In this document: positions 1 to 11,265 of the stretch, piece by piece
Numbering within the stretch: position 1 is the first letter of the stretch
How the letters are laid out: each line of letters begins with the position of its first letter
The notes under the pieces: model-generated
Told to the model about the DNA's origin: nothing
Database searches by the model: none
Seen by the model: only the letters and a program-made list of their open reading frames with translations
From: Thiotrichales bacterium
Lineage (GTDB): Bacteria > Pseudomonadota > Gammaproteobacteria > UWMA-0217
DNA: 41,951 bases
Direction of reading: 5' to 3'
Assembly: GCA_024763135.1 (NCBI GenBank)
Contig: JANTGD010000002.1
Coordinates: 1 to 41,951 of the forward strand
Translations under genes and position numbers: made by a program

Positions 1-61
1 ATCACCATAGGAACACTATGATTCATAAAAACAAAACCACATCTAACCCCTTGATGACTCA

Positions 62-96
62 CTGATACAGACAGTTTGGGCTTGGCGGTGTACTAG
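62..96 (+). repeat. 35-bp core of an edge repeat, inverted partner of 41858-41892
   Basis: The sequence ctgatacagacagtttgggcttggcggtgtactag matches the reverse complement of 41858-41892 (ctgatatagacagtttggacttgtcggtgtactag) at 32 of 35 positions. Weaker similarity continues to the window edges. Confidence 0.75.
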
Positions 97-232
97 GAGC
101 TTGTCCAAAAATAGACGGCCTATTGCGGGAAAGCCCTTTTGGCCCATTTTTGGTGAACTAGGAGCCACTATTCACCTCAAATGAGCAAAAAAATGCGCTT
201 AAAATGGCTCGTCGCCGCTCTGTTACACACTC

Positions 233-1459
233 TCAACTACGGCGTAACGAAATCACCAGATCCATTACATTGGTGCCGGTCGGGCCCGTGGTCAGAAGAT
301 CTCCGGTCGCTTCGAGATAAGTGCCTGCATCAAAGGATTCGAGCGTTTGTGTGACGTTGAGGCCGAGCTGTTCGCCACGCAGAAGCGTCTTACCGTCGAC
401 AATCGCGCCAGCATCGTCTGTAGGCCCATCGGTGCCATCAGTCCCCGCCACCAACACGGCCACCCCGGATTGCCCAACAAGCTCCTTGGCCACTAGCAAA
501 GCCAAGTGCTGGTTACGCCCGCCACGCCCAGGATGCGCAGGCAGATTGACCGTAGGCTCCCCATTCCAGATATGGCATGCCGGCACTTCATCGGCTAATG
601 CTGCAATGATTTTTTTGCTCACAAGCTCCACATCGTCACCGAGAAATTCGGTTTCGAGAAGCGCCGTGTATCCTAATGCTTGCGCTTGCTGGGCAGCCGC
701 CTCAGCGGCGATGCGCGGATTGGCGATAATTTCATGGGGAATGTTTTTGTGCAGCGGAGCTGCCCCAAGGGTCCCGGACGCTCGCGCCCGAATGTCTTGC
801 AAACTCTCGGGCCAAACCGGCTCAGCATCAAAATGAGTATTCGGCACGTAGAACAGGCCCGACCCGATCACCGCCGGATCATCTCCCGGGACATCGGAAA
901 TCAACATAACCTGGACACTGTAAGCGCCTAAATATTGGGTTGCGCCGCCGCCTTTCAAACGCGAAATGCGGCGCCTTACCGCATTGACCTGGGCAATATC
1001 CATACCACTCCCCAGTAGCACCTGATTGACGCGTTGCAGATCCTCGAGACTCAAACCAGATCGCAGCGATTCAACCAGACTCGAGGCACCGCCGGAAATC
1101 AATACCAGCAAGTGATACTCATCAGGAATCGTCTGCAGAAACTCAATCAACTGCGCACCCGCCTTTAAGCTGGCTTCGGTTGGCAAAGGATGGTCTGCAA
1201 CGACGTAAGTAAAACGCTCATCGCGCGTTTCCTCGAGATGGCCCCGTTTGGTAATCACCAAACCGCGCTCGAGTCGCGGCCCCAAAAATTCGCTCGCGCC
1301 CCTCGCCATGGACGCCGCAGCTTTGCCAATTGCGGCAACCGCCACCGGGCGATCTGGCAACTTGGTATGCGCCAACCCCAGGCGAACCGCTTCGGCGCCC
1401 TCGACTCGTTTAAGCGCAGCAGCATAGGTATTCAGCAGATCTTTACGCAATATGTCCAT
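233..1459 (-). CDS. glycerate 2-kinase / hydroxypyruvate reductase-like protein (DUF4147 + MOFRL, TtuD type)
   Basis: 408-aa ORF. The motifs NGEPTV...GRGGRNQHLAL...AGTDGTDGPTD are typical of MOFRL glycerate kinases. Its ATG shares one base with the metZ stop codon (TAATG, 1457-1461). Confidence 0.8.
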   Translation of the reverse strand: MDILRKDLLNTYAAALKRVEGAEAVRLGLAHTKLPDRPVAVAAIGKAAASMARGASEFLGPRLERGLVITKRGHLEETRDERFTYVVADHPLPTEASLKAGAQLIEFLQTIPDEYHLLVLISGGASSLVESLRSGLSLEDLQRVNQVLLGSGMDIAQVNAVRRRISRLKGGGATQYLGAYSVQVMLISDVPGDDPAVIGSGLFYVPNTHFDAEPVWPESLQDIRARASGTLGAAPLHKNIPHEIIANPRIAAEAAAQQAQALGYTALLETEFLGDDVELVSKKIIAALADEVPACHIWNGEPTVNLPAHPGRGGRNQHLALLVAKELVGQSGVAVLVAGTDGTDGPTDDAGAIVDGKTLLRGEQLGLNVTQTLESFDAGTYLEATGDLLTTGPTGTNVMDLVISLRRS

Positions 1460-2631
1460 TACAGCGACTCCAGCCCCCGTTGCAAATCGGTTTGAATATC
1501 GCGCAGTGACTCCAGGCCAACGGCAATTCGAATCAGTCCGGCACTGATGCCCGCGGCCGCGCGTTCTGCATCGGACAAGCGCCCATGGGTCGTCGTAGCA
1601 GGATGCGTGATGGTGGTCTTGGTATCCCCCAGATTCGCGGTAATCGAAAGCATCTGTGTGGCATCGATAACGCGCCAGGCCGCCGCTTGATCCGCCAGTT
1701 CGAATGACACAATGCCCCCAAAACCACTCTGTTGCCTACGCACCAGCGCATGCTGCGGATGAGAGGCCAAACCAGGATAATAGACCTTGCGCACTTCGGG
1801 GCGGGACGCCAACCATTGCGCTAACTGAAGTGCCTGCCGAGAATGCGCCTGCATCCGCAAGCTGAGTGTCTCCAATCCTTTGAGAAACACCCAGGCATTG
1901 AAAGGGCTCATACTTGGCCCGGCGGTGCGCAAAACGCCCCGTACAGCTTCACCGACCGTCACATGGTCACCCACCACTGCACCACCAATACAGCGCCCTT
2001 GCCCATCCAGATATTTGGTGGCTGAATGCACTACGAGGTCCGCACCCAGACGCAGTGGCTGCTGCAATGCTGGTGTACAAAAGCAGTTGTCCACGACCAA
2101 TTTAGCATTCGCCTCGGCCGCAATGGCGGCGAGTCCCGCAATATCGGCCACTTCCATGGTGGGGTTGGAGGGGGTCTCAATGAACAACAGACGCGTTTTG
2201 GCGGTAACCGCCGCACGCCATGCATCGAGATCAGTAGGATCGAGATAATCGACCGTCACCGCAAATTTTTTGAAATAGCTATCGAAGAGTTTGACCGTGC
2301 TGCCAAAGACCGAACGCGAGCACAACACATGATCACCCGCTTCAAGCAAGGCCAGTCCGGTCGCGAGAATGGCCGCCATACCCGAGGCGGTCGCCACGCA
2401 GACCTCGCCCTGTTCCAATGCGGCAAGACGTTCCTCGAAGGTGCGCACCGTGGGATTCGTAAAGCGTGAGTAGATATTACCCGTACGTTCTCCCTGAAAG
2501 ACTTCTGCTGCCTCCTGCGCGCTGGTAAAGATATAACTCGATGTGGTGAAAATCGGTTCTGCGTGCTCCGCCTCTGCCGTCGGTCGGTGCCCGGCCCGCA
2601 CGGCTAGTGTTTCAAAGTCAAGTTCCTGCAT
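1459..2631 (-). CDS. metZ: O-succinylhomoserine sulfhydrylase (Cys/Met-metabolism PLP enzyme)
   Basis: 390-aa ORF with a PLP-lysine context (HSATKYLDGQG). The N-terminus (FETLAVRAGH...) is typical of MetZ/MetB-family enzymes. It lies near purF, as in Pseudomonas. Confidence 0.85.
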   Translation of the reverse strand: MQELDFETLAVRAGHRPTAEAEHAEPIFTTSSYIFTSAQEAAEVFQGERTGNIYSRFTNPTVRTFEERLAALEQGEVCVATASGMAAILATGLALLEAGDHVLCSRSVFGSTVKLFDSYFKKFAVTVDYLDPTDLDAWRAAVTAKTRLLFIETPSNPTMEVADIAGLAAIAAEANAKLVVDNCFCTPALQQPLRLGADLVVHSATKYLDGQGRCIGGAVVGDHVTVGEAVRGVLRTAGPSMSPFNAWVFLKGLETLSLRMQAHSRQALQLAQWLASRPEVRKVYYPGLASHPQHALVRRQQSGFGGIVSFELADQAAAWRVIDATQMLSITANLGDTKTTITHPATTTHGRLSDAERAAAGISAGLIRIAVGLESLRDIQTDLQRGLESL

Positions 2632-2734
2632 GAAAACTTCCTGGAGAATATGAGATGTCAGCGGCTAAGTGATGGCCCTGCATCAGCGGGCTGCTGTCAG
2701 AACGCTGGTAAAAAATAAACCATGTTCTGTGCTG

Positions 2735-3355
2735 CTACGGTGTGTGCGCATCAGAATTGCGAATCCATACAACGGTATTCCTAGGTACCCGCTCAAATAG
2801 ATCCACGACATCGGCATTGCGCATTCGAATACAACCATGTGAAGCCGGCCGACCGATCAGTCCCTCTTCGTGCGTGCCGTGAATGTAGATATAGCGGTGA
2901 AAAGAATCGACATCGCCACCCGCATTCTTTCCCGGCTCCAGACCTTCCAACCATAGAATGCGCGTGGTTACAAAATCATCTCCGGTTGGTTTTGCACGCG
3001 ATTCAATCTTTGCCAATCTACCGGTGTTCACCCTAGCCTTGAAGATCGTACCCAGCTGGGCATCAGCGCCGATTTTTCGCTTCACCCGATGAAACCCCAA
3101 GGGGGTGCGATTGCTCCCGGATTGTTCTCCCACGCCATAGCGTGATGTGGAAATGGGGTATTGGCGCACCGCTTGCAAATGCTGGTAGAGGGTCAGCCGC
3201 TGTTGAGGGATATCGACGACGATAACAGGGGCACTGGTATCTTGCGCATAGGGCCGCAGCGCTTGATCCAACCGCTGGGCAGTCAACATCGCTGCGGCCT
3301 CAACATCGCAGCCAATGCATAAGATCACAACGACCAGCCACCTCAAGCGACGCAT
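2735..3355 (-). CDS. L,D-transpeptidase (YkuD/ErfK family), exported
   Basis: 206-aa ORF with a hydrophobic N-terminal signal and the catalytic motif HGTHEE...SHGCIRM. Its ATG overlaps the purF stop codon (3353-3357). Confidence 0.85.
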   Translation of the reverse strand: MRRLRWLVVVILCIGCDVEAAAMLTAQRLDQALRPYAQDTSAPVIVVDIPQQRLTLYQHLQAVRQYPISTSRYGVGEQSGSNRTPLGFHRVKRKIGADAQLGTIFKARVNTGRLAKIESRAKPTGDDFVTTRILWLEGLEPGKNAGGDVDSFHRYIYIHGTHEEGLIGRPASHGCIRMRNADVVDLFERVPRNTVVWIRNSDAHTP

Positions 3356-4863
3356 CAGGCGGTATTGTGCAGATCAACGCCCACGGTCTGCTCATGACGG
3401 AGTTCTTTTGCGGCATCACCCCGCTCTTTTCCCAAACTCTGTAGGTATTCGCGCGTCACACCGGTAACATATTTGCCGTTGAACACCGAGCAATCAAAGC
3501 CATCGACCGGAGAATTTTTCTTCCGTTTCACCGCTGCCACCAGATCATCGAGCGATTGATAGATTAAGCGATCGGCATTGATTGCTTCACAGACTTCGGC
3601 AATGCTACGCCCATGTGCAATCAACTCCTCGGCCGCGGGCATATCGATACCATAGATGTTTTGATAGCGAATCGGTGGGGCTGCAGATGCGAAATAGACT
3701 TTGTTAGCACCGGCGTCGCGCGCCATATTCACAATTTCGCGCGAGGTCGTACCACGCACAATCGAATCGTCTACCAATAGAACATTGCGATTTTTGAATT
3801 CCAAGCCAATGGCATTGAGTTTCTGGCGGACGGATTTTTTCCTGACCTGCTGGCCCGGCATAATGAAAGTGCGCCCGATATAGCGGTTTTTGATGAAACC
3901 TTCGCGGTACTTGACCCCGAGCCGCATCGCAAGCTCAATGGCCGCCGTGCGACCACTGTCCGGGACGGGGATGACCACATCGATGTCATGCTCAGACCAG
4001 GCATGCATAATTTGTTCGGCCAGCTTTACACCCATACGCATCCGCGCCTTATGCACCGAGATGCCATCGATCACCGAGTCCGGTCGCGCAAAATAGACGT
4101 ATTCGAACATGCAGGGTGTCAACCGAGGTTTCTCTGCACACTGTTGTGTATAGACTTTTCCGTCTTTAGTGATGTACACCGCTTCACCTGGTTTGAGATC
4201 GGCTAGCAGTTCAAACCCCATGGCATCCAATGCCACAGTTTCCGAAGCAATAATGTACTCCGTTCCCACTGCCGTATCACGTTTGCCATACACGATTGGG
4301 CGAATGCCATGGGGATCGCGGAAGCCAATGATGCCGTAACCCACTAACATGGCAGTCACCGCATAAGCCCCCTGACAACGCTGATGCACCCCGGCGATCG
4401 CGGTAAAAATCGCGTCGGGTGTAGGCTGCAATCCATCCTGACGTAGCAGCTCCTGCGCCAATACATTGAGCAGGACTTCCGAATCTGACGTGGTATTGAT
4501 GTGACGGCGGTCTTGCAGAAACAATTCGCGCTTGAGTTCTTCGGCATTCTGCAGGTTACCATTGTGTCCCAGCGCAATTCCATAGGGCGAATTGACATAC
4601 AAGGGCTGCGCTTCTGCTGAGGAAGAAGAACCGGCAGTGGGATACCGCACATGGCCAATACCCATATTGCCGATCAAGCGTTTCATATGGCGGGTATGGA
4701 ACACATCCCGAACCAAACCATTGTCTTTCCGCAGGAACAACTGATTTTCAGCGCAGGTCACGATGCCTGCAGCATCCTGGCCGCGGTGCTGCAGCACCGT
4801 CAAACCATCGTAGAGCAATTGATTGACGGGGGCCCGTCCGACTATACCTATAATGCCACACAT
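3355..4863 (-). CDS. purF: amidophosphoribosyltransferase
   Basis: 502 aa. It has the N-terminal nucleophile MCGIIGI and the PRPP loop [14 protein letters not shown]. Confidence 0.95.
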   Translation of the reverse strand: MCGIIGIVGRAPVNQLLYDGLTVLQHRGQDAAGIVTCAENQLFLRKDNGLVRDVFHTRHMKRLIGNMGIGHVRYPTAGSSSSAEAQPLYVNSPYGIALGHNGNLQNAEELKRELFLQDRRHINTTSDSEVLLNVLAQELLRQDGLQPTPDAIFTAIAGVHQRCQGAYAVTAMLVGYGIIGFRDPHGIRPIVYGKRDTAVGTEYIIASETVALDAMGFELLADLKPGEAVYITKDGKVYTQQCAEKPRLTPCMFEYVYFARPDSVIDGISVHKARMRMGVKLAEQIMHAWSEHDIDVVIPVPDSGRTAAIELAMRLGVKYREGFIKNRYIGRTFIMPGQQVRKKSVRQKLNAIGLEFKNRNVLLVDDSIVRGTTSREIVNMARDAGANKVYFASAAPPIRYQNIYGIDMPAAEELIAHGRSIAEVCEAINADRLIYQSLDDLVAAVKRKKNSPVDGFDCSVFNGKYVTGVTREYLQSLGKERGDAAKELRHEQTVGVDLHNTA

Positions 4864-4890
4864 GACTTTTAACCGATTCGTAACTCAGAC

Positions 4891-5379
4891 TCAGGTAAAA
4901 TGATCTGCTAACGAGGGCGGCAACAGGTCCTTGAGCCACAAAGCAATATCATAGAAAAACGGCAGCGTTTTCGATTGCTGCCACCACGGTTCATTGGGCA
5001 AGTTCGTGAGTGTTGCCAACAACACGAGTATCGCTACAATCGCCGCCCCACGCAATGCGCCAAACACCAGACCGAGACTGCGATCAGTGCCGCTCAAACC
5101 GGTTTTATCCACGATTTGAGACAACAGATAGTTCACCACTCCGCCTAGGATAATCACCAGAATAAACAGAACCGCAGACGCGATAATATTCTGAATGGTC
5201 GCACTGCCCACTGTGAACGGGAGTAATCCAGACAATCGCGGCCCGAATACCAGGGCGACCCAGATGGCTAAAATCCAGGTCGCAAGTGAGATCGATTCCT
5301 TTACCAATCCACGAAACAACCCGATGATCACGGATACCCCAATGATCACAATAACTGCAAAATCTACCCAATTGGCCAT
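4891..5379 (-). CDS. cvpA: colicin V production protein CvpA (integral membrane)
   Basis: 162-aa protein with about four transmembrane segments, 27 bp upstream of purF. This is the conserved cvpA-purF arrangement. Confidence 0.85.
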   Translation of the reverse strand: MANWVDFAVIVIIGVSVIIGLFRGLVKESISLATWILAIWVALVFGPRLSGLLPFTVGSATIQNIIASAVLFILVIILGGVVNYLLSQIVDKTGLSGTDRSLGLVFGALRGAAIVAILVLLATLTNLPNEPWWQQSKTLPFFYDIALWLKDLLPPSLADHFT

Positions 5380-5479
5380 CAGCTGAAACTCTGCTCCTGA
5401 AAGACTTCATCACATGGCCTGCGTGCGAGTCGGTGCCAACTGCCGCGCCCAGCCGATAAGTTGAATGAACTCTAAGAAA

Positions 5480-6142
5480 TTAGGGATGCGAAACGATAAT
5501 GCCTTGAAGTTTTTGTTTTTCTATCAGGCGTTGACGTAAATCGTCGGCAGCGGCACGCGTCGGACGCGGCCCCACCTTAACCCGATAGATCACCCGCCCT
5601 GCCGTGGCACTTTTCTCTACAAACGCCGGAAATCCGGAGGCGACTAATTTTTTACTCAGCACCTGGGCATTCTGCGCCTGACTGAAGCTACCGACCTGAA
5701 CGACATATCCGGCACCCGCCCCCGGTGCCGCAGCGCTTTTTTGCGGGGCTTTCGGTTTCGCAGGCGTCGGGTGCCTAGCGTCTGCCGGTGCAGTCGTGGT
5801 CGCAGGCTTAGTCACAGGAGGCTTGGCGGCAGGTTGCAAAGCGGATGATTGTGTCACCGAGGGACTGGGCGGAATCGGCTCAGCAACTGCAGCTTCTGCT
5901 GGTTGCGGCGGGGGTTCACGCGGTTCAAAAATAGGCATCGGGGCCGGTTCGGCCGCTGGCTCGAGTCGGTTAGGAATCTCTACCACCTGTTTGGGAGGGA
6001 GCTTGATCTCCATACTGACTGCCTGCTCTTCAGGTTTTTTGCCATCGAAGATCATGGGCAAAAAGATCACAGCCAACAAAATCAGTACGGCCGCACCTAC
6101 CAGCTTCTTCTGGAGTGCCTTATCCTGAGCTGTATCAGACAT
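5480..6142 (-). CDS. SPOR-domain cell-division protein (DedD-like)
   Basis: I take Met32 of the ORF as the start (ATG at 6142). An AAGGA Shine-Dalgarno-like motif lies upstream. The protein has a TM anchor (LVGAAVLILLAVIFLPMIF), a Pro/Ala-rich linker and a C-terminal SPOR fold (GYVVQVGSFSQAQNAQ...YRVKVGP). Confidence 0.75.
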   Translation of the reverse strand: MSDTAQDKALQKKLVGAAVLILLAVIFLPMIFDGKKPEEQAVSMEIKLPPKQVVEIPNRLEPAAEPAPMPIFEPREPPPQPAEAAVAEPIPPSPSVTQSSALQPAAKPPVTKPATTTAPADARHPTPAKPKAPQKSAAAPGAGAGYVVQVGSFSQAQNAQVLSKKLVASGFPAFVEKSATAGRVIYRVKVGPRPTRAAADDLRQRLIEKQKLQGIIVSHP

Positions 6143-6170
6143 ATTGGTCCTTGCGCGAGATTTTCGCCCA

Positions 6171-7439
6171 TTATAGGAGCTTTTGACGTAGCTCCGCCAC
6201 TGTATAAAAAGAGCCGGTGACCAACAATCGGTCATTCTGGGTTAACTGGGCCTGGGCCAGTGTGTAAGCCTGATCGACCGTCTCAGCCACACTCAGACTC
6301 ACTCCAGGCGATGCTGCCCGCAGTTTTTGGGCTAGCACAGCGGCGGGCAGGGCGCGAGGTGAGTCCGGCCGACATACAACCCAATGGGTAACCTGGTCTG
6401 CCAAGGCGCAGAAAAATCCCTCAATATCTTTGTCTGCCAGCATGCCCAAAAGCGCCCAGGTTGCCGTATAGCACGCTGCATCCTCTTCCAGAGAATCCCT
6501 TAACCGCTGTGCACCCTGTGGGTTGTGCGCCACATCCAATACGATCCCAAAATTCCGCGTAAGACGTTCGTAACGCCCGGCAAGTTGTGCCTCGCGCAGA
6601 CCTTGTGCTATCGCGTCGCGCTGGGGCCGCAAGGCTTCTGGTAATGCATACAGCGCGGTAATCGCCGTGGCGGCATTGAGCAATTGATGGCGCCCGCGCA
6701 ACGCTGGCCATGGCAGTGCAGTCAGTGTGTGGTGTTGCGATGTGTATGTCCAGTCTGAGGCCTGTGGTGTGACCCAATAGTCGAGACCAATCCGTCTACA
6801 GATGATCTGGCTGCGTTGCGCGTAGTCGAGCAACGCATCGGGTGGTTCGGGATCTCCGCAGATACAGGGTCGGCCGGAACGCGCAATGCCTGCCTTCTCT
6901 AAAGCAATCGAGGTATGTGTTTCTCCCAGCCAATGGGTATGGTCGATACCAATGCTGGTAAGCACCGCCACATCTGCATGCCATACATTAACCGCATCCA
7001 AACGACCCCCAAGGCCGACCTCGAGCAGCGCACAGTCCACGCCCTGCTGCGTAAAGATCCACATGGCAGCGAGGGTTGAAAATTCAAAATAGCTCAGGCT
7101 GATCTCGCCCCGTGCTTGATCAATCGCTGTAAATGCCTCGATGATACGTGCATCTGTGGCATCTGAATTCCCGACTCGAATCCGTTCATTATAGCGCAGG
7201 AGATGGGGTGACGTGTAAGTGCCCACCGACAGGCCGGCTGCTTGCAGAATCGACGCCATCATCGCTACCGTCGAACCTTTCCCATTGGTACCGGCTATGC
7301 TGACAACGGGATAAGCGATCTGAGTCAACCCCAGACGCGCCGCAACTTCAGCGGTACGCGCCAAGCCCAGATCAATTTTTTTGGGGTGAGCCTGCTCGAG
7401 CCAGTTGAGCCACTGATCAAGACGTTCAAATCGCCTCAT
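6171..7439 (-). CDS. folC: bifunctional folylpolyglutamate synthase / dihydrofolate synthase
   Basis: P-loop AGTNGKGST in a Mur-ligase-like architecture. I prefer the ATG at 7439 over the GTG at 7451 by N-terminal length, but the start is uncertain by 12 nt. Confidence 0.9.
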   Translation of the reverse strand: MRRFERLDQWLNWLEQAHPKKIDLGLARTAEVAARLGLTQIAYPVVSIAGTNGKGSTVAMMASILQAAGLSVGTYTSPHLLRYNERIRVGNSDATDARIIEAFTAIDQARGEISLSYFEFSTLAAMWIFTQQGVDCALLEVGLGGRLDAVNVWHADVAVLTSIGIDHTHWLGETHTSIALEKAGIARSGRPCICGDPEPPDALLDYAQRSQIICRRIGLDYWVTPQASDWTYTSQHHTLTALPWPALRGRHQLLNAATAITALYALPEALRPQRDAIAQGLREAQLAGRYERLTRNFGIVLDVAHNPQGAQRLRDSLEEDAACYTATWALLGMLADKDIEGFFCALADQVTHWVVCRPDSPRALPAAVLAQKLRAASPGVSLSVAETVDQAYTLAQAQLTQNDRLLVTGSFYTVAELRQKLL

Positions 7440-7612
7440 GCGTCCTGTCACTCCGTGGCTTGCAGGGCGGATGATCGCGTTTCACCAACAGCTAGACGGG
7501 CGATCAACGCCCGCAAGTTGGCGCGTCCGCATTTGAGTAACATCACATGCCAGCACTCCGATGAGCTATCTGTGCCCCAAGCGTCTACTGCCTTGTTATT
7601 CACAGCAATGTT

Positions 7613-8482
7613 TCAGGCCGACTCTGGCGCAGGTTGCTGCATCAACATCGCAAGCATCTGGGCGATTTCCATCCGCATTACGCGCCGGTCTACAATTCGG
7701 TCGATTGCGCCATGCTCCAGAAGAAACTCTGCTCGCTGGAACCCCTCTGGCAGCTTTTCTCGCACCGTTTGCTCGATCACCCGGGGGCCAGCAAATCCAA
7801 TCAAGGCACCGGGTTCAGCAATCTGAATATCACCAAGCATGGCAAAACTCGCCGAAACGCCACCCATTGTCGGATCGGTGAGGACGGATATAAAAGGTAA
7901 GCCAGCGGCTTGCAAGCGATTGAGCGCTGCGCTGGTTTTGGCCATCTGCATCAGCGAAAACAGCGCTTCTTGCATGCGCGCTCCGCCACTGGCAGAGAAC
8001 ACCACTAAAGGACTTTGGCTATCGACGCTGGCTTGCACGGCGCGCACAAACTTTTCGCCGACGACGCTACCCATGGAGCCCCCCATAAAGGCAAAATCGA
8101 ACACGCCAACCACGATGTTCATGCCATGCACCCTGCCTTTCATGACGATCAAGGCATCCTTTTCGCCGGTTTTCTTTTGTGCCGCTGCCAAGCGATCGCG
8201 ATAGCGTTTGCTATCTTTGAACTTCAGGATATCAACCGGCTCAATGTCCGCTGCCAGTTCCTCGCGAGGTTCCGGATCCAGAAAGACATCGATACGCCGC
8301 CGCGCACCAATGCGCAAGTGGTGCCCACACTTTGGGCACACATCAAGATTTCGTTCCAGCTCAGCCTGATACAGCACTGCGGAACACTGCTCGCATTTGT
8401 GCCACACCCCCTCAGGGACGGTGCGCTTCCCTTTGGCATCCGTGCGAATTCTTGAGGGAACTAATTTTTCAAACCAACTCAT
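7613..8482 (-). CDS. accD: acetyl-CoA carboxylase carboxyltransferase beta subunit
   Basis: The N-terminus from the ATG at 8482 is MSWFEKL..., with the zinc ribbon CEQC...CPKC. The longer ORF-track start (8545) would overlap trpA. Confidence 0.93.
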   Translation of the reverse strand: MSWFEKLVPSRIRTDAKGKRTVPEGVWHKCEQCSAVLYQAELERNLDVCPKCGHHLRIGARRRIDVFLDPEPREELAADIEPVDILKFKDSKRYRDRLAAAQKKTGEKDALIVMKGRVHGMNIVVGVFDFAFMGGSMGSVVGEKFVRAVQASVDSQSPLVVFSASGGARMQEALFSLMQMAKTSAALNRLQAAGLPFISVLTDPTMGGVSASFAMLGDIQIAEPGALIGFAGPRVIEQTVREKLPEGFQRAEFLLEHGAIDRIVDRRVMRMEIAQMLAMLMQQPAPESA

Positions 8483-8507
8483 ACTCAATGATTGTCTCTG
8501 CCAATAC

Positions 8508-9317
8508 TTATGTTTTCCCGTCCATGGCCTGGCGCATGGACTCAACCAATTCAGCCACGCTGCTCAACACCGCTTGCGGATCCTGTTGATGCTCAGCGAT
8601 CCGTTTGACGATCGCACTACCCACCACGACTGCATCAGCAATCTTGGCAATACGGGCCGCATCGTCAGCGGACTTGATCCCAAAACCCACGCCCACGGGG
8701 AGCTTGATGTAGGTCCGCACTTCGGCAAGCTTCTCAGCCACCGCGTCGACATCCAGGGTCGCCGCGCCGGTCACACCTTTGAGTGACACATAGTAAACGA
8801 ACCCACTACTGAGCCCGGCAATTTTTTTAAGCCGGGCCGCATTACTCGTCGGGGCCGCCAAAAAGATCAAATCCAGTCCGGCCGCTTGAAACAGCTTTAC
8901 GGGCTCATAACCTTCTTCGGGCGGCATATCGACGATCAATACACCATCGACGCCCGCTTCAGCCGCACGCCGCGCAAACGCCTCGTAGCCCATGACTTCC
9001 ACCGGATTCAAGTAACCCATAAGAATGACCGGTGTAGCGGCATCGGTTTTGCGGAATTCTCTCACGTAATCCAGGACATCATGCAATGCGACATGGTGCG
9101 CAAGTGCGCGCTCGCAGGCGGCTTGAATCACCGGCCCTTCTGCCATCGGATCAGAAAACGGAACCCCCAATTCGATTAAATCCGCACCCGCTGCAACCAA
9201 TTGATGCATCAGAGGTACGGTCAGCTCTGGGTTGGGATCCCCCGCCGTAAAATAGGGGATCAGACCTTTTCGGCCCTGTTCTGCCAGATCGGCAAAGCGT
9301 TGTGCAATGCGGCTCAT
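8508..9317 (-). CDS. trpA: tryptophan synthase alpha chain
   Basis: 269 aa. The N-terminus [10 protein letters not shown] and [14 protein letters not shown] are characteristic. Its ATG overlaps the trpB stop codon (ATGA, 9314-9317). Confidence 0.95.
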   Translation of the reverse strand: MSRIAQRFADLAEQGRKGLIPYFTAGDPNPELTVPLMHQLVAAGADLIELGVPFSDPMAEGPVIQAACERALAHHVALHDVLDYVREFRKTDAATPVILMGYLNPVEVMGYEAFARRAAEAGVDGVLIVDMPPEEGYEPVKLFQAAGLDLIFLAAPTSNAARLKKIAGLSSGFVYYVSLKGVTGAATLDVDAVAEKLAEVRTYIKLPVGVGFGIKSADDAARIAKIADAVVVGSAIVKRIAEHQQDPQAVLSSVAELVESMRQAMDGKT

Positions 9318-10540
9318 AGCGAGATTCCTTCAAGCGCGGCAATGGTGTTGATGTCTTTGTCACCTCTGCCCGAAAGATTGACGATAATGATTTGCTCTGC
9401 GTCCAACTGGGGGGCCAGTTTCTCCACATAGGCCAGCGCATGACTGCTCTCGAGTGCGGGAATAATTCCCTCTGTGCGGGTCAACGCATGAAAGCCCTGC
9501 AGCGCTTCTGTATCGGTGACTGCGACATAGTTTGCCCGATGCGTATCCTTGAGCCAGGCATGTTCGGGCCCTACTCCAGGGTAATCCAGCCCCGCTGAGA
9601 CCGAATGCGTGGGAATGATCTGGCCATCAGCATCCTCCATGAGATAGGTACGATTTCCATGCAACACGCCGGGTTGTCCGGCACACAGCGGCGCCGCATG
9701 GCGCCCCGACGCCAAACCCTCGCCAGCCGCTTCTACGCCGTACAATTGCACGCTGGCATCATTGAGAAACGGATAGAACAAACCAATTGCATTAGATCCA
9801 CCGCCCACGCAGGCAACCAACGCATCGGGTAGTCTGCCCGCCTGTTCGAGGATCTGTCGGCGCGCTTCTCGACCAATGACGGATTGAAAGTCACGTACCA
9901 GTTGCGGATAGGGATGTGGACCCGCAACGGTACCGATAATATAGAAGGTGTTGTCCACATTGGTCACCCAATCGCGCATGGCTTCATTGAGCGCATCCTT
10001 GAGCGTGCGCGATCCGGACGTGACCGGCACCACGTCAGCACCCAGGAGTTTCATGCGGTAGACATTCGGCGCCTGACGTTGAATATCTTCCTCTCCCATA
10101 TAGACCACGCATTCCAGCCCCATACGGGCCGCCACAGTCGCACTGGCTACGCCATGCTGGCCTGCACCTGTTTCTGCGATAATCCGGGTTTTACCCATAT
10201 GCCTGGCCAGCAACGCTTGTCCAATCGTATTGTTGATCTTGTGCGCACCGGTATGATTGAGATCTTCTCGCTTGAGATAAATTCGAGCGCCACCAAGCCG
10301 CTCACTCCAACGTTGCGCAAAATACAAAGGACTGGGACGTCCCACATAACACGCAAGATCCAGATCGAAAGCCGCTTGAAAATCCGCATCCTTGGACAGC
10401 GCCGCATAAGCTTGCCGCAGCTCTTCCAATGGTTCCATCAGGGTTTCAGCCACGAACATACCGCCATAAGGCCCAAAATGGCCCCGTTCGTCGGGAAATT
10501 CGCCCCAATCCTGAACAGTCTCAGGTTTCGCAGTCAACAC
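9314..10540 (-). CDS. trpB: tryptophan synthase beta chain
   Basis: 408 aa with the PLP lysine motif HTGAHKINN. It starts at GTG 10540, preceded by AAGAGG at 6-nt spacing. Confidence 0.95.
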   Translation of the reverse strand: MLTAKPETVQDWGEFPDERGHFGPYGGMFVAETLMEPLEELRQAYAALSKDADFQAAFDLDLACYVGRPSPLYFAQRWSERLGGARIYLKREDLNHTGAHKINNTIGQALLARHMGKTRIIAETGAGQHGVASATVAARMGLECVVYMGEEDIQRQAPNVYRMKLLGADVVPVTSGSRTLKDALNEAMRDWVTNVDNTFYIIGTVAGPHPYPQLVRDFQSVIGREARRQILEQAGRLPDALVACVGGGSNAIGLFYPFLNDASVQLYGVEAAGEGLASGRHAAPLCAGQPGVLHGNRTYLMEDADGQIIPTHSVSAGLDYPGVGPEHAWLKDTHRANYVAVTDTEALQGFHALTRTEGIIPALESSHALAYVEKLAPQLDAEQIIIVNLSGRGDKDINTIAALEGISL

Positions 10541-11153
10541 GTTTTACCTCTTGCATCAGTGCTTGGATCAATTCTGGATCTTTGATACCGGGCGCTGCTT
10601 CAACACCGCTCGATAAATCGATCGCGTAAGGTTGGCGCTGCCGGATAGCCGCAGCGACATTGCTTGGATGCAGCCCGCCTGCCAGGATCAGCGGCTTCGG
10701 AAAGCGGTCTGGCAAGACCTCCCAATCAAAGGTCTGCCCCGTACCGCCTGCCTCACCACCCGCGTGGCTATCGATCAATATTCCGCAGGCATTGCTGTAG
10801 TGTTCGGCAAAAGCCACCGGATCTTCGAGCCCCTGGATTCCACTTGCCTTAATGTAGCGCATACCAAACTGCTCACAAGCTTCCGGGGACTCGGTTCCAT
10901 GAAACTGCAGCATATCGAGCGCGACTGTCTCCATAACACGCGCGATTTCTTTACTGCTGGCGTTCATGAATAATCCGACCCAGGTAACAAAAGGCCCCAA
11001 TGACCTGACCATCTTCGCCGCCTGCAATGGCTCGATATAGCGTGGGCTGCGGGGATAGAACACTAAGCCGAGCGCATCCACTCCCGCTGTGATCGCCGTT
11101 TCGGCATCGACCATCCGGGTTATTCCACAAATCTTGACGCGCGTGCGTAGCAT
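10521..11153 (-). CDS. trpF: phosphoribosylanthranilate isomerase
   Basis: 210 aa with the N-terminus VKICGIT. It overlaps trpB by 20 nt. Confidence 0.9.
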   Translation of the reverse strand: MLRTRVKICGITRMVDAETAITAGVDALGLVFYPRSPRYIEPLQAAKMVRSLGPFVTWVGLFMNASSKEIARVMETVALDMLQFHGTESPEACEQFGMRYIKASGIQGLEDPVAFAEHYSNACGILIDSHAGGEAGGTGQTFDWEVLPDRFPKPLILAGGLHPSNVAAAIRQRQPYAIDLSSGVEAAPGIKDPELIQALMQEVKRVDCET

Positions 11154-11265
11154 AGGGATCCAAAAGGCTGCAGTTTAACAGAATTTCAGCTGAAGCTCCG
11201 ATGCCAGGGCACTGTAATAACCCACATCCGGCCAGCGTCAAAAGAATATCCCCAATTACCTGTAT

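Noticed and set aside
7452-7612. The 160-bp accD-folC spacer with a small hairpin (gggcg atcaa cgccc), considered as a terminator or riboswitch.
   Set aside because: The stem is only 5 bp, there is no U-tract on the transcribed strand, and nothing in it is recognisable to me as a conserved riboswitch core.
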